Translations under genes and position numbers: made by a program | The notes under the pieces: model-generated | What the model was told of the DNA's origin: nothing | Seen by the model: the letters and a program-made list of their open reading frames with translations, nothing else | Databases searched by the model: none | In this document: piece by piece, positions 12,755 through 25,375 of the stretch | Position numbering within the stretch: position 1 is the first letter of the stretch | Layout: every line of letters starts with the position of its first letter | Assembly (NCBI GenBank): GCA_051362555.1 | Contig: CM120641.1 | Location: forward strand, 25,240,401-25,304,400 | DNA length: 64,000 bases | Source of the DNA: Lingula anatina | Taxonomy: Eukaryota > Animalia > Brachiopoda | Direction of reading: 5' to 3'

Positions 12755-14775
12755 TTAGAACAGATACCCTAGAGTTGATCTACTGCCACTATGTAACCCA
12801 TCTATACCAAGAGTCAATTCAAAAACTGGCGTTCCATCTTCGATAATTTCAGGTATTTTGATGTGACGTCTGCCATTTTCGTTAGCGGGGACTCTCAGTA
12901 TCGCTAAATTATATGGGTACACATTCAATGACGGGGTCAGGTCTTTTGATAAACCTGTAATTATTTTTTGACCAGCTAATGTTTCCCTAACAGGGGCCCA
13001 AGTCACTTTCTCACCAAAACGCGATCGCCAAATACGAATGCTGAACAGAAGCGGGTCTGTGATTGGTTTTAATTTTTCATTATACACTTTAATATTCACT
13101 AAATTGTTGACCAATATTTTGGTCTTTTGGGATTTTCCCATATAAAACAACGTGGTCACAGCAATGGCACTGAAGTCGCCATCTTGCTTGGAAAGCCAGC
13201 AAAGGAACTGTCCTAACTGGTCTGGGTGACCTAAACCGCCACCAGGAACGTGGATCCATTCATTGCTGTACATCAGAACGTTCCACTCTGTCACATGACT
13301 GTCCCGGGTGCTAGCAATTGAGTTCATGATATCTGGGATCTGTTTTACATGATCGAACCGCCGAACTTCAATACCCTCTTTTTCTAGCTTTTCTAGATTT
13401 TGAGAGTTGTCCTTTTCATTCAAAAATAAAATGATATTAAACCCTTGTTTCTGTAAATCTTGTATTACTTCTAATAGCAGTATATTCTGCGTATTAATAA
13501 GATGTACCAAGAACACGTTGACAGCAATTTTGCGGAACTGTTCAATATCGCCCTCCTCTTTATCCGTGGATAAATTCTTATCTGAACCAAGAACAAGGAG
13601 CATTGTGGTTGGATCGGTACACATCGCATTGTGATTACAAACCCAACCACTCCGTAGAGGATACATACCGTACTTGTTACAGAACTCGATCATTTCACTT
13701 TTCCGCCATTCGCGAATGTGAAAGGGGTTTAGAGGTGGTCCAATAAGCCTTCCTCTTTTATTAACACGATTTAAAACCTCCCTATCCGGAGTACTGAGAA
13801 TAACAGCCTTACTTACGCTTGCTGCATGCGCTAAAATATCCATGTAACACTTATCTGGTTTCAAAATGTGTTCAATAACATCACTGCTCACTACTATCGA
13901 TTCTTTCAATACAGATTCTGGAACAGAAAAGTCATTCCCGCAATTACTTCCCTCAAAATTGCTCTCTATCCACGTTAGAGAGGGGTATGATTTGTTAGCA
14001 GTTCGAATATTAGCCCCAAAATCTATGCCTATGGTGTTGAACTCTACGGATAACTTGGCTAACTTGAATCCTTTGCCGCTGCCCAGGTCAACGATATATT
14101 TGGCCCGTAAGCGTCTTCCCACTTCACCCACGAACATGTAAACAGACATCTGCCACGAACTCTGAGGGGCATTCGAAAAATATTTCACCCGATTTCGATG
14201 GTTATAGTATTTTGCAATTGAATAATCGCCCGTTTCCGTGCTTTGCTCTCGTGTTGTACTTGTCGCTTTACGCCTCCACGTAGGGCAGGTAAGATTACTT
14301 GGCCAAGTGTGACTCCTCCTTTGAAAATACATTGGTTTATTTTAAAATAATGATTTAAAATGTCCATCAAAACCTTCGATCAAAATCACATGGATTTAAC
14401 CCCACTACAAAATACAAAAAAATTTATTATTTTGAAAGTAATACCTCAAATAGAACAATTATGATAATAATTAATACTTTTGCAAAATAAGTGCGCTGCA
14501 AAAACATACATGGATGGAATAGGCAGACAAAATATTGTTTCTTCTAAGAAAGTTAACTTACAAAGGACATTAGTAAACTGATTGAAAAAAAACAGTAAAT
14601 TTCTTTTTAAAATTTCAAAATTGGTGATAAAGGATCCTTGAGCCACCTACCAATATCTCAGAAATGTTATCCACGACCTGTTTGTTCCACTTTGACTCAA
14701 AGTCTTGTAATAAATGGCTCCCATAACCAGTAGAAACACAGAAAGGAGAAGTCCAGTATGTCTTATTCTGAGCAT
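12755..14775 (-). CDS. Type II membrane class I SAM-dependent methyltransferase with C-terminal degenerate GT-A-like domain, copy 1 (~562 aa); join(14775-14651, 14318-12755)
   Basis: Exon 1 MLRIRHTGLLLSVFLLVMGAIYY...FLRY-TG|GTAGGT; acceptor TTTTCAAAG|G gives a phase-compatible TGG. Motif I 'IVDLGSGKG', 'IGID', 'VVSSDVIEHI', 'STPDR...GPPLNPFHIREW'. Open frame conserved in three copies. Confidence 0.85.
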
Positions 14776-14875
14776 GCTGTTAGATTTGTTTAAAATGCGA
14801 TGCCAAATGTTGAATTTAACTTGTGCTTGGGTTTTATATGAGAAAAGACCTCTCACTTACTTGCAGTCACATGTA

Positions 14876-16180
14876 CAGTGGGTTGACAAAAGTTTTGCAC
14901 CATCTGTGTGAATAGTGCGCCGTGTAACATGGGGGACCCATTCGTAGAAAATGATTTGCGGCTTATTGCTGGAGTAAGCAGTGATGAGTTTTCATCCATG
15001 TGCACTATAAAGGGTGTCATCGAAGGTTAAAGCCCCTCTGACTGACAAGTTCCCACCATGGTGAATATACGATAACTCACAAATGAAGAAGGAAAAGAAA
15101 TTGTTTCTCTGAGGAGGGTGGGGGGGGGGGGGGGTATAAATGTCCCCAAGATAACCACAAGATATGGTGTGTCTGCATGGTCAGACTGTATATAGGGTGT
15201 GCAGGAGGGTGGAGAACACTGGTGATGCCCGAAGAAGATTAGTGTTAGAGACAACATGCATGCAGGTGTCTTTTTCTGCTGTCTAGACTTAGGAGATCTG
15301 AATTTTGCAGCGAATCAGCTTTTCAGTGGTTGCGTAATTTGAAGGTTGAGGTTAGCAAAATAACTGCCCGAAGAAACTTTCATGCTTCATGAATTCAAAT
15401 CAGGGTTGCCAGGTGAAAACCACTTTTAACATTGGTAAACAGACGAAGACGAGTGACATGGGGCGCAAGAACCACTGCATGGATCCAAGGTCCATTTATG
15501 GTGCCTTTTTGTATTTTCTGATGAGACCATATTCACCTTTTAACCTGAGAGAGAACATGCATTTTCTTACTAGACAGTTCTCTTCAATAATGGTTTGAGG
15601 ATGCGTTGGATTCTAGGGAATTGGTGAACATATTGACGCGAACGTAACATTGATATTCCGGACCAGCACTTTTTACCATCGGTAGAAAACATATCTGGGG
15701 ACAGAAATCATCAATTCATTTTCTAATATGATAACGCCACATCCCACAGGACCAGGACTTTGCAAGATTGCCTTTAGCAGCTTGGCATCAACAGGGTGGA
15801 CTGGCTTTTCCTATCAACAGATGGAAATCCCTTTGAAAGACAGTAGAATGAGATTGGATATCGCGAGGCAAAGGATCGCCCCTTGACCCGAATTTCTCTA
15901 ATCCAAAACGTCTTTAGATCCTGGACCAACGTTGACCCCAGATAATTACTTAATCGTTTTCAGAGGATGGTGGCCATATTGAGATCACGTGGCTGTCCTA
16001 CAAAATAGTAATATTGACATAATAACATGTGTTATGTGAGGGAAAACTATTGGTCTGTTAACCTGTAGTAAAGATACTAACTTGACCTAACCAGTTTTAA
16101 ATTAAATACTAATTGAAAAAACCTAGCAAACCCAGCACTCACCTTCAAGCAAACTGGTGCAATACATTTGTCACTCCCTG
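14876..16180 (+). mobile_element. Degenerate Tc1-like transposon (copy 1)
   Basis: TA-flanked TIRs CAGTGGGTTGACAAAAGTTTTGCACC / GGTGCAATACATTTGTCACTCCCTG. Decayed transposase motifs: VFSDET, SIMV*GC, FIF*YDNATSH, VDWLFLSTDGNPFE (vs WPxxSPDLNPIE). Confidence 0.85.
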
Positions 16181-16236
16181 TAATTCTGAATAATACATGA
16201 TTATACGGGGTACCAAATACAATGTTATTCTATTAA

Positions 16237-16285
<49 letters not shown>
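16237..16285. repeat. poly(A) run
   Basis: About 48 A; the homologous sites in copies 2 and 3 have only short A runs. Confidence 0.9.
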
Positions 16286-16286
<1 letters not shown>

Positions 16287-18646
16287 AGGGTGACACGTAC
16301 GTTAAATTCAACATTTTACATAAATGTAATATTTAAGACAAGGTTTAAATGCTTTATATATATTATTATATCACATTTAATCACATATTATCAATTATAT
16401 ACATAATGCAATAACTTGTGTGCCCCTGAGACTTCGACCAAAACCACCGTTAGAAAATGAAAGCTTGTAAATAGTCATTTTAATTTCTTCACATTTTTTC
16501 GTCAGTTCTAGCACGGACAGAAATTAAAAAAGGGATAAACATGTTGAATTGATATATATAATACTGAGATCATAGACATTTAAGTGATCTTTGAAACTCG
16601 GGTTATACAAATACGGCATTCTATCGTTTGATGACATTAAGCTTGTTTCCACCATCTCAGTCTTGTGTAGGTGCACTAAGTTGCCAGGCTATCCCTTGCG
16701 GTTTAAGTTATGACTTTTGTAAATGGGCAGTGAGAGATTGAAATTTGATGAATAACTAACTATTGCCGGAAGAGTAATTATCATAAGTAACCTGTTTTTC
16801 TTTTGCTTTCAGAACGGTAATGATTCCTAACTCATCAATGAAAAAATCAAGAAGAACCTGTCAATCTAATTTTAATTATTAGTTAAAACTAGAAACATAT
16901 ACTGCAATTCCATTTTCACTTATGCGGCAGCCATTTAAACATAAGAGATTTTTTACAGTTCAAGTGCAGATTACATTCAAAATCAACGGCTCACTGTGTG
17001 TGTATGTGTGTCTGTGCTTTAAATATCAACATCTTTGCATGTTAAGTATTGTATTCAGTAGAACAGAAAATCAATAAAAAGCTCACACCAATCGCAACTA
17101 ACGCATCTCTGACTGAAAATATTATATACTTGCCAAAAGGGTCACCCCTAATGCAATGCGTAAAGTGATACAAAAAATTAGGGATGATGAACCAATGTTT
17201 TTTTTTTTTTTTTTTTACTCAACATCTGGTAGAATTTTTTTTGCAATATTTTACTGATTGTAAAACTAGTGATGAAGCTAACCGTATTACAAAAAATAAA
17301 TAAATCAATAAATAAAATAAATAAATAAATAAATAAATAAAAGCCATATTTTAGTATTTTGATAGTATTTTCTGAGTTTAAGGACGCACTTGACGTGTCT
17401 GTGCTTGGAGTCAAAAAGTTCTTTGTTTGCGGAGTGATGGCGTTCCACAAACGGCGCAAAGATAGCTAGATAATTTTTGTTTGCAGGGTTATCCCTCAGT
17501 TATTCATTTCCGGGGACATCCCACACAGGCTCATTGTGGTTCTGATCTAGGAATTTAACTGGCCATTGGAAAGTTTAGATCTGGTTTGCATTTAAATAGC
17601 CTACTTATCATGCTGAAAAATAAATGGGTGGTCATGGTCCCCAAAGCTATTCTCGGCAGTTTCTTAGGTTCCTTTTCAATAGGCCTACTGCTAAATGAAT
17701 AAAGACTATAACAAAAATACCCAATTTCTTAAAACGGCAATTATTTCCGATTTAAAGATTAAAATCTATTTAACTCACCTACCGATATTTACTAGTTTGC
17801 ACAATTGTTAATACTGTACGGTCATACATGTATGTCATAAGGAAAACAATCCCAAATATAGGATAATTTAAAGGGCATGATATTACAATAAAAGGCCAAT
17901 GAGCTGGTTGAACAATGCACTTTGTCATAATTTGAACATCATATTCAAGAAGAGTCTATTATTGTTATTATTCGTTTGGTATGCTTCATTTTATTAGGTC
18001 TCACTTACATGTCAGTTTTAGCAAATTTGTTTTGAAGAGAACAGAAAATCTATTGGGAAAAGATTAAACACTCAATCTGTAGGTTATGAAGAGCTCACAA
18101 TCATCGCAACCAACACATCTCAGACTAATAAGAAATCGTGAATAACCACATTGCATTTCCAGTATAATGGATCTGTCATGATCATATCTTGAGCGTTTTA
18201 AATAATTCATCGCTGAAAAGGTATCGACTAGAATGATAGATGCCGCAGCCGTCTGGATGTGAGTAATAATTCAAGTGACTACATGAACATGACTACATGA
18301 TTCTGTCATTTCGCCTTTTGATTATCATTTATTGACTCAGAACATTTATGTGCCAAATGTAATATCGTGTAGAACTATTATTATCAAGTGAAATTTTAGA
18401 GCATCATAATTGATACCTCTCGAGAAGAAATTTGGAGTAGACCCAATAATGATGCATTATGTAACCGCTGTAGTAAAAACCGCAAACTTTCTAAAATCAA
18501 TAACTGAGTCATGAGAATTAGAGATTCTCAAACATCCCAGCTTTATATCAGCAAAGGAGCACAGTTCTAAAACGTTTGCAAAGATGTAGCAGTAGCAATG
18601 TAGTTTGGGATGTTGAAGATGAACAAAACACATGAACTACAAACTA

Positions 18647-18885
18647 GGGGAGACCGGGGCTAGTTGGACCCCGGGGTAAGTTGACCCCCCAATCAATTTA
18701 TGACAAAGTAACTATGGGGTAAAATAATTGATCACATCATTTTGTAAAGTGACCGTATCCAATAGTGCTAAGAAAGCGTCGGCAGTAAGTCCAAATGAAA
18801 TAATTTAGCATCTTAAAGTAACTTTATTAAAGAGACTTGATGGGGCGCCAACTTACCCCGGGGTCCAACTAGCCCCGTTCTCCCT
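18647..18885. mobile_element. ~240 bp MITE with TA target duplication
   Basis: TIRs GGGGAGACCGGGGCTAGTTGGACCCC / GGGGTCCAACTAGCCCCGTTCTCCCT, flanked by TA. Empty site (ACAAACTATCC) visible in the paralogous segment at about 11770. Confidence 0.9.
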
Positions 18886-19985
18886 TATCCGTCTATCGGG
18901 TCACTCATATGATCAATGTCATTTGATGAAGGGTCGACACAGGGTAAAAGCGCGACCGTCCGCTTCAGAAATGATATTTTTATTTACACAACAGCCAAAG
19001 AAAAATCTATTTCACCACTTTATTTCTTTTTTAATTACTTTTGAAATTAACATTAGTTAGCTAGTTTTATTCCCATAAATAATAAATTAAAAGGACAAAG
19101 ATAGCCATATTATAATATGCAGGTTAACCAATATTTAACCAATACATAACCAAACAAACATTTACATACATCCGTAACTCGAAGACTAAAGAAACTTTTT
19201 TTCAAATCTGTAAAGTCTATTGAGCGAAACTGATCTCGGCACTCAGCCGTTTATATGCAGTTACCAATAATTAGCCAATTAAAGTCTTATCAATTACTAA
19301 CGTTCGTAATTCGAGCACTAGCAAAAACGTTCTTCAAATTTGTTAAGTATATGGAGTGAAACTGCATGATCTCGGCACTCAGCGTATATGTGTCAAACAA
19401 TGTCTTATAACATCCGTTATTCGGAGATAGCAAAAGTGGTATATTACCACTTTATAGGATAAATGCTCTGATTTTACTGTCAAATCGACTTCATAGGATA
19501 AAATGCGACTTCATCTCCACATAAGATATTGCCTGCGACTTCATGGGATAATGGTGAAAAAGTACCTGTTGTTGGCCCAACGTTACAGAGAGAATTTTTA
19601 CGTCGTAATTTCTGCTATATAGGCCTACCTGTACGTAGATCTTAAGTAGTGTGACTTTACAGTCCTTTTTTTTTTTTTTTTTTTTTTTTTTGGGGGGGGG
19701 GGGATTTTTATATCGTTGTTAGTACTTGTTACTGTTATCCTCTATCCATTAAAGAGAGGAACATGAGACGTTGGGGATATTTAAACTTGCCATTAGGGAT
19801 GTGCACGTGTCCTTCGGATTTTTGGTGACTATGAGTGTTGCCGTCCCTAGCGGTATTGATTATTATCTTTAAATTGTGTTTTCTGCTATATACTGATAGG
19901 TCTTTAGGTTGAGGAAACTAAAATGTCGGGGTGTGCATAGGCACATGTATGGAAGCATGTATGGTTTGTTTAAAGCGCTCTTTGT

Positions 19986-20071
19986 TTGGTGTTGTGAGTT
20001 TTGTTTTTGGTGTTGGTGTTGTGAGTTTTGTTTTTGGTGTTGGTGTTGTGAGTTTTGTTTTTGGTGTTGTG
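19986..20071. repeat. ~30 bp GT-rich tandem repeat, about 3 copies
   Basis: TTGGTGTTGTGAGTTTTGTTTTTGGTG repeated. Confidence 0.85.
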
Positions 20072-21957
20072 ACCCTTACACGCTTCCATACACATTTTTT
20101 TTTTGTGTGTGTGTGGGTGTTTGACTTGGGGTGTGGCTGTCCCTGGGGATGGTTGACTAATATATTTCCGTAATTTATTTCATCTCCTCCTAGACCATTC
20201 GAATTAGGAACATGAGTCTTTGGTGCATCCGTGGGCTACATGGTAATTTTAGTGTGACTTGGGGTGTGACCGTCCCTAGGGTGTGGAGTGATTAGTGGTT
20301 TGTCAGACAATGAAGCTGATTCCATACATTGCACTTAAGTCGGATTCCTTGCAGAGTTGGTCCGACCCAGTTAGTACGATGTGTGAATCTGAAGGCCGTC
20401 TTCGAGTTAGGAAGGAAGGGGAAATGCAGAGAAAGCAGCAGACAGTACTAAATAACAGATCTTCGGTAGTATTCTTTAATATAGGTCAAGTTAATAAAAA
20501 CCCATTCAAGACCCATACTCTCAGGAATCCTAGGGTCCAAGTCCCGTTGTTCTTTAACATAAAACACACATGTTAATTACTGCTCTTGGGTAATAAACAT
20601 TTTTGTTTTGTGTCAAGACACTACAGCAGTTAAACGCTAGGATTCCTGATTGTGTGGGCCCTTGAATTAGTTTTTAATTGGATTCCCCAAGAAGTTGTAC
20701 AACTTCTTGGATTCCCTGACCTATATTTATGCATATGGCTGGAAGTCCATTTAGTTCTGTATGTGCTTCTGCTGTTCTCTACATTTCTCAAGGACCCATG
20801 CACATTCATTAAAAATGACTGGTTCATCTATCTCCGTTTCATGTTCCTTAAAATTTAAGGTTATAGATGGCATAAATAACGATGTGAAAAATAGAATCAA
20901 CCACCCCTCGGGATAGCCACACCTGAAATATCATACTAACATTCCCGGAAACCTATGCATATCCTCAATGGTAAGCTTATCAGCAAGGAAAGTTTTATGT
21001 TCCTAACTGTAATGGCGTAAGGGCAGAAGCACGAATAACGATGTAAAATTCAAAATCAACCTCCCCAGGGACGGCCACACCCAATGTCACAGAAACCCAG
21101 AAGGACCCATACACATCCCCAAAGACAGATTTTCAATCCCCATAGCCTTGCGTTCCCATCTTTATTGGTCTAAGGGTAGATAGCAGGAATTACAATGCCA
21201 GTTAGACTCAACCGCCCCCAGGAGCATCCCCCTCCCCCCCCCCAAAAAAAAAAAAAAATTCCGAAGTGTCCTTCCACATCCAAAATAGTATGTAGCCACG
21301 TGTCATGTTCCCAGCATAAAATACAATGTACAAATTAGAATAGACCACCCCCAGGGTCGACCACACCCTAAGTCACAATTAAATTCCGAAGAGCCTTTGC
21401 AAATGCCATTAATGTGGGTTTATTAATCCCCGACGTATCAAGTTCCTAACTATGATGGTCTAGGAAGTAACAATGTGAAATAGATTATGCATGTATATAA
21501 TTGCCCACCCCAGGGGAAAGCTTCACCAATGTCAGCGTACCTAGCCGAGGCAACCGGTTGCAAAATGCGGCATACACCAGCTTTATAAATCCCCAGCATT
21601 TCATTCTCCCCGTCATCTAACTGGACAGTTGACCGTTTCAAATCATTCACATTTCAGACTTTCCGACCTTAAACTTTTTCATTAAGTATAGAGACCAGGG
21701 GGTCTAGATCTTTTTAAACGACCGAGAAATTCTCGAAATATTATGTTGCATATCAATAGAAAAGCTTATTTTAATAGCTTGTTATTGCAAGTCATAACAT
21801 TTATGTCATAGTTACATAAGAAATACTTCTATAACACGAATAATGGAATAGACGGTTTTATTATTATTTATGTACACCTAATGTGGAGCAAAATTAAACC
21901 CTCTCTGCCTAGTAGAGTTTTCTACCTACATGTGTACAATGGAAAGACAAACACCCC

Positions 21958-22175
21958 ATTTCCATAGATTTTTAGATCGATCTATCCCCGCGAGGAGTCT
22001 CACTAGATTACTGTCAGCTTGGCCGGCTTAAGCGTCTGTCCCGCCTACTAAAAGTTGTAAGGGGGTAATTAACTATGGTGCCCGCTCGGCTGACTGCAAT
22101 TTAGCGTGAACCCCGAGGGAGTTAGGTCGATCTAAATCTTAATCTTTAGATCGATCTAAATGTCTGGGAAAGCAC
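21958..22175. mobile_element. ~217 bp MITE (copy 2), nested in the 3.4 kb element
   Basis: Near-identical to 10830-11046, with the same TIRs. Confidence 0.8.
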
Positions 22176-23252
22176 ATTCTTGCTACTGTGTACTAGCCAC
22201 ATCTATAAACCTGTGCCGTCAATCAAATCACACATGGTCAGCTTTATGTCCTAGTTTAAAGGCAAGCAATGTGTTTATATTGATAGACTTTGTTTGTCTT
22301 ATACATGTACGTAGTGCCTTAGACCCGCCATGATTCAACGCCCAAATCTTGTCAGTTTTTAGTCGTCCTGAAATCTGAAAAATCTCAAAACTAAATGGGT
22401 TAAACAAAAAACTTGCTTTATGCTTTCCGTTACAGGACCGGAGCTCTTGAAATAAAGTACATTATTTATAGAAGTTAATCGCACGGGTATCTACGAGAAC
22501 ATCTGAAAATAAAGGCTTCATTAAACTCCAAAGAGATAAAATACGCAATATCGTGTGAATGAGTAATGTAACTCCACCCCAACCCCATTGCAAATACACG
22601 CGTCACTCTTGAATTCATGGTCTTGAGGAAACATCATATTGACCTTTACGCCTAATTTCCACATCCAACCAGAACTGAAACATGTTTGGATACAATGTCC
22701 CATGAAGTCAGTTAGTGGTAATATTCTATGAAGTCTCCTAAGGGTCCTTATTTTTTAACCAATGAAGTCGCATTCTATCAGGCAGCAGTAATTCTTATCC
22801 TATGAAGTGGTAATAAACCACGAAGTATCTTAACAAACGTTCTTCAAATTTGTAAAGTCTATCGAGTGAAACTGATCTCCGACTCAGCCGTATATGTGCA
22901 GTCGCAGGATACGTGGTATTCGGGGATTACCTAAAACGTTCTTCAAATTTTAATGGAATGAAATTGATCTCGTCACTCAGCCGCATATGTGCAGTCACAG
23001 ACTACGTGGCCCTGCGTTTGAATCGCGCCGCACGCACAGTCTGTTCTTTCGTGACATACTGGTCCATAACTTTTTGTGATTGAAATCCCGATAGCCCATC
23101 AAATCGGTTACCTAAAAAAATACTGCCACTATCTAACCCCTCCTTACACTTTATATTTTCTTATAATGATAATCAAAATACCAGTACACCAGATTAAACT
23201 TTAGATATATAATCTATAATATGGAAACCGTTTCCTCAAAATTACACTTTTT

Positions 23253-25275
23253 TTAGAACAGATACTCAAGAGTTGATCTACTGCCACTATGTAACCCGTC
23301 TATACCAAGAGTCAATTCAAACACTGGCGTTCCATCTTCGATAATTTCAGGCATTTTGATGTGACGTCTGCCATTTTGGTTAGCGGGGACTCTCAGTATC
23401 GCTAAATTATATGGGTATACATCCAATGACGGGGTCAGGTCCTTTGATAAACCTGTTATCACTTTTTGACCAGCTAATGTTTCCCTCACAGGGGCCCAAT
23501 CCACTTTCTCACCACGCGATCGCCAAATACGAATGCTGAACAGAAGCGGGTCTGTAATTGGTTTTAATTTTTCATTGTACACTTTAATGTTCACTAAATT
23601 GTTGACCAATATTTTGGTCTTTTGGGATTTTTCCATATAAAACAACGTGGTCACAGCGACGGCATTGAAGTCGCCATCTTGCTTGGAGAGCCAGCAAAGG
23701 AACTGTCCTAACTGGTCTGGGTGACCTAAACCGCCACCAGGAACGTGGATCCATTCATTGCTGTACATCAGAACGTTCCACTCTGTCACATGACTGTCCC
23801 GGGTGCTAGCTATTGAGTTCATGATATCTGGGATCTGTTTTACATGATCGAACCGCCGAACTTCAATACCCTCTTCTTTTTCTAGCTTTTGTAGATTTTG
23901 AGAGTTGTCCTTTTCATTCAAAAATAAAATGATATTAAACCCTTGTTTCTGTAAATCTTGTATTACTTCTAATAGCAGTATATTCTGCGTGTTAATAAGA
24001 TGTACCAAGAACACGTTGACAGCAATTTTGCGGAACTGTTCAATATCGCCCTCCTCTTTATCCACGGATAAATTCTTATCTGAACCAAGAACAAGGAGCA
24101 TTGTGGTTGGATCGGTACACATTGCATTGTGATTACAAACCCAACCACTACGTACAGGATACATACCGTACTTGTTACAGAACTCGATCATTTCACTTTT
24201 CCGCCATTCGCGAATGTGAAAGGGGTTTAGAGGTGGTCCAATAAGCCTTTCTCTTTTATTAACACGATTTAAAACCTCCCTATCCGGAGTACTGAGAATA
24301 ACAGCCTTACTTACGCTTGCTGCATGCGCTAAAATATCCATGTAACACTTATCTGGTTTCAAAATGTGTTCAATAACATCACTGCTCACTACTATCGATT
24401 CTTTCAATACAGATTCTGGAACAGGAAAGTTATTCCCGCAATTACTTCCCTCAAAATCGCTCTCTATCCACGTTAGAGAGGGGTATGATTTGTTAGCAGT
24501 TCGAATATTTGGTCCAAAATCTATGCCTATGGTGTTGAACTCTACGGATAACTTGGCTAACTTGAATCCTTTGCCGCTGCCCAGGTCAACGATATATTTG
24601 GCCCGTAAGCGTCTTCCCACTTCACCCACGAACATGTAAACAGACATCTGCCACGAACTGTGCGGGGCATTCGAAAAATATTTCACCCGATTTCGATGGT
24701 TATAGTATTTTGCAATTGAATAATCGCCCGTTTCCATGCTTTGCTCTCGTGTTGTACTTGTCGCTTTACGCCTCCACGTAGGGCAGGTAAGATTACTTGG
24801 CCAAGTGTGACTCCTCCTTTGAAAATACATTGGTTTATTTTAAAATAATGATTTAAAATGTCCATCAAAACTTTCGATCAAAATCACATGGATTTAACCT
24901 CACTACAAAATACAAAAATTTCATTGTTTTGAAAGTGATACCTCAAATAGAACAATTATGATAATAATTGAAAATTTTGCAAAAGAAATGTGCTGCAAAA
25001 AGATACATGGATGGAGTAGGCAGACAAAATATTGTTTCTTCTAAGAAAGTTAATTTACAAAGGACATTAGTAAACTGATTGAAAAAAAAAAACAGTAAAT
25101 TTCTTTTTAAAATGTCAAAATTGGTGATAAAGGATCCTTGAGCCACCTACCAATATCTCAGAAATGTTATCCACGACCTGTTTGTTCCACTTTGACTCAA
25201 AGTCTTGTAATAAATGGCTCCCATAACCAGTAGAAACACAGAAAGGAGAAGTCCAGTATGTCTTATTCTGAGCAT
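23253..25275 (-). CDS. Type II membrane methyltransferase, copy 2 (~562 aa); join(25275-25151, 24816-23253)
   Basis: Exon 1 appears identical to copy 1; same GTAGGT donor and TTTTCAAAG acceptor; intact long ORF with the same motifs. Confidence 0.85.
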
Positions 25276-25375
25276 GCTGTTAGATTTGTTTAAAATGCGA
25301 TGCCAAATGTTGAATTTAACTTGTGCTTGGTAATATATATGAAAAAAGACATCCCTCTTACTTCACTCACATGTA

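Larger units (their letters stand above)
19436..22821. mobile_element. ~3.4 kb non-autonomous TIR / fold-back-like DNA element
   Basis: TIRs GTGGTATATTACCACTTTATAGGATAA / TTATCCTATGAAGTGGTAATAAACCAC; subterminal GACTTCAT(A/G)GGA repeats; absent from the paralogous sites at about 12370 and 30008. Confidence 0.8.

Noticed and set aside
13407-14141. Plus-strand ORFs conserved in all three copies
   Set aside because: Antisense shadows of the methyltransferase frame.
14319-14332. ORF-track starts (MYFQRR / MFYLRY) as true N-termini
   Set aside because: They differ between copies and overlap the conserved acceptor; a phase-compatible anchor exon is conserved upstream.
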